A stretch of DNA of 64,000 bases from Candidatus Woesearchaeota archaeon (GTDB taxonomy: Archaea > Nanobdellota > Nanobdellia > Woesearchaeales > UBA10216), in NCBI GenBank assembly GCA_016192945.1, contig JACPTE010000021.1, forward strand, positions 3,989 to 67,988, in the 5' to 3' direction. Positions within the stretch are counted from its first letter, which is position 1. Each line of letters opens with the position of its first letter. Position numbers and translations under genes: made by a program. Of the stretch, positions 16,975 to 25,341 are shown one piece after another. The notes beneath the pieces were generated by a model, which saw only the letters and a list, made by a program, of their open reading frames with translations, did no database searches and was not told where the DNA came from.

Positions 16975-19900
16975 TTTACCTTTTCTATCCTGACCTTAAA
17001 GTAAAGTGTCATGTTCCCCAAGGGATGAGCTGCCGGATTAGTGCCATAAGCCTTCTCAGGCGGAACTTTAATGACTGCCTCATCCCCCTTCTTCAGCCCA
17101 ATCATCTTCTCCTCAAGGCCTGGAATTATCGTCCTGTTTCCAACCCTGAATGTGAATGGGCTTGAATCCTGGTCAAACTTGGAGTCCTTCGTGACTTTCT
17201 TGCTTATCCAGTTGCTTATTGAGCTGTCAAAAACCCTGCCATCCTCCAGATAACCTATGTAGTTGAATGTAACCTCATCGCCAGAGCTGATGTTCCTGCT
17301 TAAAAGCTCACGCTTTATCAAAGGCTCCCCGCCATTCCAGTCAACCTTGTAAACATAAATGTCAGCTCCTGTAATGCTCCTCTGGTGTGTAAGCAGCCTG
17401 AAATGACGCAGGCTGTGCCCCTCCATCAGGAACATCCTTGTAAACATGCTTGCATTCAGCTCAGGGGCTGAAACTACCATCCTGTAATTATCACCCTCAG
17501 GTATCACCGTAGCTGTAAGGTCAAACCCTGAGAGTGTGTTCTCCTCAACAGTTTTCTCAGCCACATCAGTATCAGTAAGGTATGCGACCCCCTTCAGGTT
17601 CTTTGGGCCTCCAGGGGCATTCATAAGGTATACCTCATTGCTTGAAATGTTGATTTCCAGGTCTAATGGCTGCCTCTGGTCCCCATTCAGGTATATCCTG
17701 TCGCACTGTGCAACATCCCCCTTCCTCTGGCAGGATGGGAAGCCCATGAATCCGGGCCATGGCGAAACCCACGAATTCGCCTGCGAATCAGAGAATGACT
17801 GGATATCAAAATAAGTCTGCTCTGCCTTGTCTTTGGTGTAATTGAATTTTTGCTGCATCTCGGCAACAGCCTCATCCTGGCTCTTTGACCTCAGCTTCTG
17901 CCATATGTACGCCCGCTCAAAGTTCCAGCTTCCAAAATGAGCCCACACTCCAGCCTTGCCTATCATGTCCTCAGATGCTATCACAAATGCCTCTGGCGGA
18001 TTGCAGTGGGTGTAGTTAAGCACGCTTTCTGACTGCTCTGGACTCATGCCGTATTTTTTTGCAAGCACTTCCCCTGCATCAGCCCTGTCCTTTTCAAATA
18101 TGCTGTAAAGGACGGTTACTGACTTAAGGGTATCCCCCTTGTTTGTTTTCTGGACCTCATCAAAGGCATTATTCCCCCCGCAGTCAAGCATCCTCAGGAT
18201 TCCAACAGCCATATCCTCGTTGTCTGTCTCAAGCAGCTTCCCAACCCAATGAGCCTGGGGGCTGCCCTGCGTTGTGCCATCAAAAGTAACAGGCCTCTCT
18301 GCCAGCGCCTTGAAGTGATGCCCGAAATCCCACCATGACGTGATTATAGCTGTCTTGCCTGAATTGTCCCTTATTGAGGTTAATGCGTTAAACCACGCGT
18401 CGTTAATCATTGGGGAGTCCTGCCTGGCGATGCTCAATGAAACTCCCAGCACGTCTGTAGGGAAAATAAGTATCAGCAGCGAGATTAACAGGAGAGAAAT
18501 GCTTGTGACGGTCCTGTCTATCTTAAGCTCCCTTGACAGGATGTTATTAAGGTTCCTGTACAGGAAGCCAATCGCTATGCCAATCGCTATGCCAAAAGCA
18601 GGGGCAATCAGCATCATGAACCGCTGCCCCTTGATGCTTGCATAAATCGTGACAATATACCATAGTATGAGCAGCACTGAAAGCTTCATGTCTATCGGGT
18701 CAGACCTCAGAGCAGCATAAACACCCCTGACAATAACAGGAATGGACAGCAGGGCAATGAACGTGAGCTGGGAGAAGCTATCCCTCAACAGAATCAAAAC
18801 CAGCCACCAGAGCGCTGCAAGCGCAATGAACATAAGCTCGGTCGTGTCAACCTTCCTCTTGGTCATAGCAAGCATTATTCCCAAAAGGGAGAGGAAGAAA
18901 AGGAAGACGCCCCCCACATTGTCTATTATCATGTTTACGCTACCCTCATTAAGCTCGGCAACGGTTGTAAGGACATTAGGCCATAATGTCGGCTCAACAG
19001 GATTCTTTATCTTAGCAAAACCGAGGGCAGTAATCGGGGGCTGGAGATAATCAGCTCCAGAGATTAACACTACGAAAATCCCTGATGACAGCATGAATGC
19101 CAACCCAACAACAGCCAATGCCCTGACATCAGGCCTCAGCAGGAAGCCCCTCGGATTCGCCCTGAGCTCCCTGAAATGGGTCACAACCAGATATGCGCCG
19201 TATATTGCTGATGAGGCTATCAGGAAGTCAAAGATAAACCACCAGCCACCCCAAAATCTTGTGTAAAGCCCGACTGAAAGCCCTGCAAGGGCTGAAACCA
19301 GCAGCTGCCACCTTAGCTTCCTTGATTCAATAGCCGAAAGGAACAGGAAAGTCACAAGAATGGAAAAAAACACCACCCATGTGTCAGAGTCGCCGTGGCC
19401 ATACAGGCTTCTGGAAAGGAATGAGGCGTTCAAAGACATGAATGCCGCAGCAAAAAACCCGCCAACATCACCTGCGAGCCTCCTTGCAATCAGAAAAACC
19501 AGCACAGCTGAAATGGCTGAAACTATCACCGGGTAAATCATCTCAGCCTGCATCAGTGTAATCTCTGAGCTGAAAACCCTCAATAACCTGAAAAGGAGGG
19601 CTATTGAATAAGGATGGAATGTGTCTTCCGGCTCTACGAACCTGCCATCAGGGGCAAGCTGGAATGTATCATAGCTTTTCCCATCCCTAAGCACATCTCC
19701 AGGGTAGCCGTGGTCAAGTATGTTCCTTGCGTACCTGAGCCAGTAGTAAGGGTCTATGTCAGGCATGTAAAGGTTGCCCTTCTCGTCCTCAAAAAACGAC
19801 TTGTAATAGTCAGAGGTAATCTTTATCTGCTGACTTATGCTCATCTGCTGCCCAGCATACTGGCCTGTCTTGAACACATACACATCGCTGGAAATGGCCT

Positions 19901-20474
19901 TCCTGAACTCCTCATCCACAATCCCATTCTTGTTCTCATTAGGCAAGTTGGGATATTGCGAGTCCACAAGGTTTCCTAAATCGCCCCTGATAAGGTTATA
20001 GACTGACTCTGTTGCAGAATTGTCAGCATACACCATGTATGCTGGCAGCATCCTCACATAAACGCAAAGCCCTACAACAAATAAGATAGCCAGAACCGGA
20101 ATAATCAGGCCGCTCTTCTCGCGAAGAAATGCAACTGCCGCCCTCGCATCAATTGAGATGTCTTCCTCTTCCTTTTTTAACCCGGGCTCATGATGCTCTC
20201 CATGCTGCTTCCCAACATGAGACTTGGTAACTCCTGATTCCTTTTTCCTGAACAATCCTGAGAAATCAATGCTTATCTCATCATCATGCTCCTCTTGAGC
20301 AGAATCATGATGCTCCTTGTGCCCCTTATGCTCTTCATGCCTTTCAGCTGATTCACCAGGCTGACTCTTATGGGAAGATGCCTTCTTTCCGAATGGCCAA
20401 AGCTTCTTAAGGTCTATGCTTATCTCATCATCGCTATCGTGCTTTCCATCCTGCTCATCATCCATTTTCCCCAA
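16971..20474 (-). CDS. aglB: Oligosaccharyltransferase AglB/STT3 with His-rich N-terminal extension and C-terminal FKBP-type PPIase domain
   Basis: First-loop DIDPYYW, multi-TM core and the WWDFGH (WWDxG) motif. The last ~105 aa (~16974-17303) read GDEVTFNYIGYLEDGRVFDSS...FTFRVGNRTIIPGLEEKMIGLKKGDEAVIKVPPEKAYG, an FKBP signature. Confidence 0.85.
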   Translation of the reverse strand: MGKMDDEQDGKHDSDDEISIDLKKLWPFGKKASSHKSQPGESAERHEEHKGHKEHHDSAQEEHDDEISIDFSGLFRKKESGVTKSHVGKQHGEHHEPGLKKEEEDISIDARAAVAFLREKSGLIIPVLAILFVVGLCVYVRMLPAYMVYADNSATESVYNLIRGDLGNLVDSQYPNLPNENKNGIVDEEFRKAISSDVYVFKTGQYAGQQMSISQQIKITSDYYKSFFEDEKGNLYMPDIDPYYWLRYARNILDHGYPGDVLRDGKSYDTFQLAPDGRFVEPEDTFHPYSIALLFRLLRVFSSEITLMQAEMIYPVIVSAISAVLVFLIARRLAGDVGGFFAAAFMSLNASFLSRSLYGHGDSDTWVVFFSILVTFLFLSAIESRKLRWQLLVSALAGLSVGLYTRFWGGWWFIFDFLIASSAIYGAYLVVTHFRELRANPRGFLLRPDVRALAVVGLAFMLSSGIFVVLISGADYLQPPITALGFAKIKNPVEPTLWPNVLTTVAELNEGSVNMIIDNVGGVFLFFLSLLGIMLAMTKRKVDTTELMFIALAALWWLVLILLRDSFSQLTFIALLSIPVIVRGVYAALRSDPIDMKLSVLLILWYIVTIYASIKGQRFMMLIAPAFGIAIGIAIGFLYRNLNNILSRELKIDRTVTSISLLLISLLILIFPTDVLGVSLSIARQDSPMINDAWFNALTSIRDNSGKTAIITSWWDFGHHFKALAERPVTFDGTTQGSPQAHWVGKLLETDNEDMAVGILRMLDCGGNNAFDEVQKTNKGDTLKSVTVLYSIFEKDRADAGEVLAKKYGMSPEQSESVLNYTHCNPPEAFVIASEDMIGKAGVWAHFGSWNFERAYIWQKLRSKSQDEAVAEMQQKFNYTKDKAEQTYFDIQSFSDSQANSWVSPWPGFMGFPSCQRKGDVAQCDRIYLNGDQRQPLDLEINISSNEVYLMNAPGGPKNLKGVAYLTDTDVAEKTVEENTLSGFDLTATVIPEGDNYRMVVSAPELNASMFTRMFLMEGHSLRHFRLLTHQRSITGADIYVYKVDWNGGEPLIKRELLSRNISSGDEVTFNYIGYLEDGRVFDSSISNWISKKVTKDSKFDQDSSPFTFRVGNRTIIPGLEEKMIGLKKGDEAVIKVPPEKAYGTNPAAHPLGNMTLYFKVRIEKVK

Positions 20475-20585
20475 CCCTGCCTCTGCAAAAAACCATCCAT
20501 TTATAAAACTTGTGCATGAGCTTCGGAAAGATTTATGGAAAGAAGTCCTCTATAATAAACAGTCTTCTTTTTCTCTTTTCTCTTT

Positions 20586-20710
20586 CATGGCGGGGTACGC
20601 TCCCACCCCCGGCAGACTAACGGCTGCTCGGGTTATTCAAAAGAAATCCGACACCCCATGTCAAAGACCGGGGGATTGCTCGCTCCCTTCTGTCGCTCGG
20701 TCGGATTTCT
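20586..20710 (+). ncRNA. GC-rich structured intergenic element, strand and function uncertain
   Basis: Perfect 11-bp inverted repeat AGAAATCCGAC (20642-20652) / GTCGGATTTCT (20700-20710). Inner CCCC/GGGG and CCGGCAG/CTGCTCGG pairings. The flanks are A/T-rich. No cloverleaf could be drawn. Confidence 0.2.
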
Positions 20711-20751
20711 AAGAATAAAAATATTCCCGATGAATGTACATAGAAGATTTA

Positions 20752-20772
20752 CCACCAGTTAGAAACTGGTGG
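20752..20772. terminator. Perfect 9-bp hairpin followed by a T-tract
   Basis: CCACCAGTT-AGA-AACTGGTGG followed on the plus strand by AATATTTTTATTT. It lies ~30 nt past the end of the minus-strand wHTH remnant. Confidence 0.35.
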
Positions 20773-20804
20773 AATATTTTTATTTAACTTTTCTACTAAA
20801 CTGC

Positions 20805-21117
20805 TTATGCTAGAACTCCTACTTTCTTTCCCTTTTCTTCTTCTACGTGATCCAATTTTTCTAGAAGCAAATTGTCATACAGTTCAATCAACTGTTTAAC
20901 AGCAATGTTCTCTTTATTAATTTTGTAAAGGGTAGCTCTTCCAATCTTTCTTGTCTTTACAACGATTCCTAATTCTAAAATTTTAGGAACCAATGTATTT
21001 AAAGTTCCCCAACTTACTGGCTCAGGTGAAAGTCTCCTGAAGGGGCTCGTCTATAACAGTGTCACCTAGTTACTGCACAATATAGATTGCATCTTTTATG
21101 GCGATATATCGGTTCAA
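20805..21117 (-). pseudogene. Degraded winged-helix transcription regulator
   Basis: The 3' part (track ORF 20805..20993, TTG start) encodes ...WGTLNTLVPKILELGIVVKTRKIGRATLYKIN (recognition helix + wing). The expected N-terminal helices (NRYIAIKDAIYIVQ*LGDTVIDEPLQETF) lie upstream, interrupted by TAA and in another frame. Confidence 0.35.
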
Positions 21118-21163
21118 ATTGCTAACAGGTATGCTAACATTTTCACCGGAGCCTATAAATTGA

Positions 21164-22063
21164 CTATTTCTTCATGAACAGGAAGATTGTTGCAGCCCCA
21201 AGGTAGTTCATCATCAGCAGTATTATGTGCGCGCTTATGGTTATTTCAGCAGGGACGCCCTTAAGCCCGTAGAGAACGACTGCTGCTCCCTCTTTGATTC
21301 CAAGCCCGGACATTGTTATGGGTATTAGCGATAGGAGCATGGTTGTTGCGCTTATTGTCACTATCACAACCATGCTTACAGGCTTTCCGAAGGAAAGGAA
21401 TGCAAGGTAAGTGACAACTGCTGTAAGCCCCCACTTAAGGAATGTTATTGCTGTGTTTGCAATCACTGCCTTTTTCTCTTCAAAAACAAGGTATCTTGTT
21501 GTTTTTGAGAATCCTGCAAAGATTTCCCTGTGCTTCCCAAGTATGCTCTTGATGATGCCTGTTCCGAATGGGGTAAGAATGAATACGGCAGCTGTAATAA
21601 TCGCTGTAATTGTCACTCCAGTCAGGAGGATTGCCTGCTGTATTGGCAGGAATATGAAGAATCCTATGAATGCGAGGCAGCAGAGCGTTATGGTTGTTGT
21701 CAGCTTGTCCAGTACTGAGACTGCTGTTGCCTGTCCTATGCTCATGTGCTCTTTTGCAAGGTACACGAATGAGAATTCCCCCACTTTTCCTGGTATTACC
21801 ATCCCGAATGCCCATGCCCGGATGTAGTATCTCCACATTTCTCCCATTTTTATCCTGACTTTCAGGGCATCTGTCAGGATTTTCAGGTTGTATGCTCCTA
21901 TGAAAAGCCCGAGTATGAAAAGTATTATTATTGCGGGCAGGTAAATAAGGTTCATTGTTGTTATTGTGGCAGCTATCTCCTTTATGCCGACTTTGTAGAG
22001 GAGCAGTACCATTATGGCCAGCCCTAAGGCAATCTTTGCAATGCTGGATAGTTTGATGCTCAT
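21164..22063 (-). CDS. UPF0104 / LPG-synthase-TM (flippase-like) membrane protein
   Basis: 8 TM helices with the conserved ...AFGMVIPGKVGEFSFVYL... (P-x-K/R-x-GE) motif. Confidence 0.65.
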   Translation of the reverse strand: MSIKLSSIAKIALGLAIMVLLLYKVGIKEIAATITTMNLIYLPAIIILFILGLFIGAYNLKILTDALKVRIKMGEMWRYYIRAWAFGMVIPGKVGEFSFVYLAKEHMSIGQATAVSVLDKLTTTITLCCLAFIGFFIFLPIQQAILLTGVTITAIITAAVFILTPFGTGIIKSILGKHREIFAGFSKTTRYLVFEEKKAVIANTAITFLKWGLTAVVTYLAFLSFGKPVSMVVIVTISATTMLLSLIPITMSGLGIKEGAAVVLYGLKGVPAEITISAHIILLMMNYLGAATIFLFMKK

Positions 22064-22524
22064 TTGCGTATGTTGGCAACTTCTCCCCTGTTGGCTCTTT
22101 GCAGCTCTTTGGTTGGTATCCTTATTAGGGAGTTTGGCGTTCCCCCGCTTGTGTAAACTTTTTCTTTTTCCATTACTTTGTAGTCTATGAGGAACATGGC
22201 AGGATAGCCGAATGATGGGACGCCTCCAACAGGGTATCCTGTCTTTTGGAGTATCTCATCTGGTGTTGCTGTCCTGGGCCTCTCAATATTGAGGAGTTTC
22301 CCGATTTTTGTTGTGCTTGCCCTGTCCATTGCCTTTACCAGTGCAACTATTATTTCTCCATTGGCTCCTGCAAGGCATATGTTTTTGATGAAGTCCTCAA
22401 TGTCAGCCTTTGCAGTAATGGCAGCCTCTTCTGCTGAGTGGCACGATTCCCTGAAAGCCATGTATTCCCCACGGATGCTGTGCTTCTGCATGTATTCCTT
22501 GAGCTTCTTCTCGTATTCGTTCAT
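22060..22524 (-). CDS. YbaK/ProX-type aminoacyl-tRNA deacylase (trans-editing domain)
   Basis: 154 aa with ...FIKNICLAG...IIVALV...GYPVGGVPSFGY...VYTSGGTPNSLIRI, the YbaK/EbsC pattern. Confidence 0.65.
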   Translation of the reverse strand: MNEYEKKLKEYMQKHSIRGEYMAFRESCHSAEEAAITAKADIEDFIKNICLAGANGEIIVALVKAMDRASTTKIGKLLNIERPRTATPDEILQKTGYPVGGVPSFGYPAMFLIDYKVMEKEKVYTSGGTPNSLIRIPTKELQRANRGEVANIRK

Positions 22525-23399
22525 CTTCTCTGCATGTCAGCCAGAAATCCGAATAGTATTATTTGTATCCCTGTGGTTATGAATATCCCTGATAGTATGA
22601 CCCTTGGTATGCCCCCCACCTCACCTGTTGTCAGGAATGAGTATGTCACGAATGCCCCCAGTATTGAGCCGATTGCCAGTATCATGCCTCCAAAAAGCCC
22701 GAAGAACTTGAGCGGCTCATAATCGCGATAAATCCTGAGCAGGGTTATCCATGACTTCATTGCATAGTCAAGCGGGTTTCTTAGGAGCCTGCTTTTCCCT
22801 GACTTTCTCTTAAGGAAGTCCACAGGGACTTCTGTTATCCTGAGCCTTGCCCTTGAAGCCCTTAGTATCTGCTCCTGGGTGTATGTATAGCTGGATATTA
22901 TGGGCAGCTGGGCAACCTCCCTTGTGAAAGCCCTCAGGCCTGTCTGGGAGTCGGTTATCTTTTGCCTTGTTATCTGTGATATTACGCTTGAGAATGCCTT
23001 GTTCCCGAACCTGTTCAGCGCAGGCATGTATTGTATTTTTCCTGCAAACCTTGAGCCGAGCACCAGGTCGTTTCCCTCCCTGACTTTCTGGATAAGCCTT
23101 GGGATGTCTTCTGCATTGTATTGCCCGTCTGAGTCTGTGTGGACTATTATTCCTGCCTTGTGCTCAATTGCTTTTTGCATCTCTGTCTTGAATGCCTCTG
23201 CAAGGCCGTAATTCTTCGGGTGCGAGTAAACTACAGCCCCCTCTTTTTTGGCCTCCTGTGCAGTGTTGTCTGTTGAGCCGTCATTTACTGCGATTATTTC
23301 GTAAATGTATTTCTTATCAAGAACCCTTTTTATCTCGCGTATTACGCTGCCTATTGTTTTCTCCTCATTATATGCCGGTATGGTAACTACTACCTTCAT
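22521..23399 (-). CDS. GtrB-like GT2 polyprenyl-phosphate hexosyltransferase (two C-terminal TM helices)
   Basis: VVTIPAYNEE...IIAVNDGSTDNT...HTDSDGQY, plus C-terminal TM helices FFGLFGGMILAIGSILGAFV and VILSGIFITTGIQIILFGFL. Confidence 0.8.
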   Translation of the reverse strand: MKVVVTIPAYNEEKTIGSVIREIKRVLDKKYIYEIIAVNDGSTDNTAQEAKKEGAVVYSHPKNYGLAEAFKTEMQKAIEHKAGIIVHTDSDGQYNAEDIPRLIQKVREGNDLVLGSRFAGKIQYMPALNRFGNKAFSSVISQITRQKITDSQTGLRAFTREVAQLPIISSYTYTQEQILRASRARLRITEVPVDFLKRKSGKSRLLRNPLDYAMKSWITLLRIYRDYEPLKFFGLFGGMILAIGSILGAFVTYSFLTTGEVGGIPRVILSGIFITTGIQIILFGFLADMQRR

Positions 23400-23421
23400 C
23401 CTCTCTTAAAACGGCAATATA

Positions 23422-23429
23422 TTTATATA
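23422..23429. promoter_or_regulatory. Single TATA-like box in a 50-nt divergent gap
   Basis: TTTATATA is centred ~24.5 nt from ATG 23450 (+) and ~26 nt from ATG 23399 (-). Confidence 0.4.
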
Positions 23430-23449
23430 TGTTTCCATAACCCTTGCGC

Positions 23450-25291
23450 ATGGGTTTTGCCTCTGTTTTGCTGTTTTTCATGTACACTTATGGATTGGGC
23501 TTCTCTCTGTCAAGGTTTGTTAGGAATTCTGATAATTTCCTTGAGAGGAATATCATGCGTTTTGGGTTTGGCCTTGCAGGGCTTGTTGTTCTTGGAGTAA
23601 TACTGAACTTTCTTAAGCTGCCTGTTGACTGGGGCATTTTCCTTTTCATCAGCCTGGTTCCTGCCCTGTTTATTGCAGGGCTTGACTACCTTTCAAGCAA
23701 GCCCAGGGTTGGGTTTGAGTTCAGGGTGAGGAAGTCGGACATCTGGGCATTGCTGGCTTTGGGCGTGTTCGTTTTTGCATTGGTTATGTATTCGGGAGGA
23801 GCCTTGAAGTATCCATACCTTGAGGATGAGGACCCGTGGGGGCATGCTGTGGGGGCTAAATATGTAGCGGTTGAGAAGAAGGCGTATGACACTGCTGTTT
23901 ATAACTTCGCATATATGGACCCTTATCCTCCTGGCTATGATATCCTGATGGGCGTGCTTCACCAGACAGAGCCCTCGCTTCAGTTTGTGCTGAAATTCTT
24001 CAATGGGCTTATTATTGCCCTTGGCATCTTGTGGTTTTATTTTGTTGCAAAGCATCTTGCAGGCCCTGGAAAAGCTGCATTTTCTGCCTTTGTGCTTGCG
24101 ATGATTCCTTCTTATTTTACGCATTTCATCTGGGCACATTCGCTTGTAATCGCCCTTTTTTTCCCGGCGATGTATGCCTTCTGGATGATTAAGGAGGACA
24201 GGCGCTGGATTGTTCCTTCAGCCTTTTGCGTGGCTGCCATTTTGCTTTCCCAGCCAGACCAGCCTATCAAGCTCGCTGTCATGATTTTCGTGTTTATTGC
24301 AGTCAGGGCATGGCATGATAGGAGGTTTCCTGTCTGCGAGATTTCAGCAGGAATGCTTGGTGTTGCAATCTCCCTTTTGTGGTGGGCTTCCAGGGCTGTT
24401 GCAATGTTTGGGTATGCAAACACGATTGCCGGCGGCTCTGCCTTTGGAGCGGCTGGCGGCTCTGCCTCAAGGCCTTATTCTTTTGCTGACTTTGTATTTC
24501 CGAATGCGATTCCTGGAAATTCCCTGATTAATGTTCCTCCTGGTTTCGGCCCTGTTGTTTCCATTCTCCTTGTTTTGGGCCTTGTTGCTGTTGCCTTGAG
24601 CTATAAGCGCATTTTGAGGAATGAGAAGCCTTGGCTTGCTCTTGTTTTCATCTGGTTCCTGTTCGCTTTTATTTTCACGAATTCAGCAACTTTAGGACTG
24701 CCTTTCGGGCTTAACCCTTTCAGGTTCTGGCTGCTTCTTGCGATTCCTGTTGCTGTTCTTGCAGCAGAGGGCGCTTGGTTTGCCGCCTCTTTCATAAGGC
24801 TTCCCGAGCCTGTGAAGATGGGCATCGTAATTGTCCTTGCAGTGCTGGTTTTCAGCACGTCTGGTCTGTACAAGTGGGGCATTAACAACTCTACAGGCTG
24901 GTATGGCGGTCCTCTTGCTGTTGAGGGCTCGCTGCCTGGCTATCTGTGGCTCAAGACACTTCCTCCAAATGCAAGGGTTTTGTCTTTCGGTGACGCCTCA
25001 TTCATAATTGGTCTGGATGCCTATAGCTGTGCATGGTGCCCTGAGGATGTCAGCTTCAGGAAGGGCGCTTATTCCCGCTCTCCGGATGAGATTCATTCAT
25101 TCATGAAGAGGCAGGGCTACGAGTTCCTTCTCCTTAGCTCCATTGAGCTGGGGGATAATTCTGACGGCTCTCAATACCGCTTCTATAACCAGACAGTCCT
25201 GAAGAAGGAGATTGAGCTTGGCAACTCGTCATTGTTCTCCACTGCAAATATTTATGAGAATGGGGCTGTTGCTGTTTTCAGGGCTAACTAG
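23450..25291 (+). CDS. GT-C fold membrane glycosyltransferase (PMT/ArnT/STT3-like)
   Basis: Multi-TM protein with an acidic first-loop motif YLEDEDPWGH and a ~130-aa C-terminal soluble domain. ATG 23450 preferred over the track TTG 23444. Confidence 0.55.
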   Translation: MGFASVLLFFMYTYGLGFSLSRFVRNSDNFLERNIMRFGFGLAGLVVLGVILNFLKLPVDWGIFLFISLVPALFIAGLDYLSSKPRVGFEFRVRKSDIWALLALGVFVFALVMYSGGALKYPYLEDEDPWGHAVGAKYVAVEKKAYDTAVYNFAYMDPYPPGYDILMGVLHQTEPSLQFVLKFFNGLIIALGILWFYFVAKHLAGPGKAAFSAFVLAMIPSYFTHFIWAHSLVIALFFPAMYAFWMIKEDRRWIVPSAFCVAAILLSQPDQPIKLAVMIFVFIAVRAWHDRRFPVCEISAGMLGVAISLLWWASRAVAMFGYANTIAGGSAFGAAGGSASRPYSFADFVFPNAIPGNSLINVPPGFGPVVSILLVLGLVAVALSYKRILRNEKPWLALVFIWFLFAFIFTNSATLGLPFGLNPFRFWLLLAIPVAVLAAEGAWFAASFIRLPEPVKMGIVIVLAVLVFSTSGLYKWGINNSTGWYGGPLAVEGSLPGYLWLKTLPPNARVLSFGDASFIIGLDAYSCAWCPEDVSFRKGAYSRSPDEIHSFMKRQGYEFLLLSSIELGDNSDGSQYRFYNQTVLKKEIELGNSSLFSTANIYENGAVAVFRAN

Positions 25292-25341
25292 CTATATTGG
25301 ATTGCATAACATATTTAAATAAACCTGTTTACAGCCGTTTC

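Noticed and set aside
16462-17165. Plus-strand ORFs 16462..17004 (180 aa) and 16815..17165 (116 aa)
   Set aside because: They are antisense to well-supported GT2 and AglB coding sequence and have no motifs.
20586-20710. tRNA, 5S rRNA or SRP RNA assignment for the GC-rich element
   Set aside because: I could not draw a cloverleaf on either strand: the candidate anticodon hairpin has an 8-nt loop and there is no T-loop consensus. The element lacks the conserved 5S loop sequences I remember. It is left as an unclassified structure.
21411-22079. ORFs 21480..22079 (-, 199 aa) and 21411..21827 (+, 138 aa) overlapping the UPF0104 gene
   Set aside because: They are alternative-frame or antisense readings. 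The proteins are Arg/His/Asn-rich low-complexity or Cys-rich sequences, unlike the clear polytopic membrane protein in the chosen frame.
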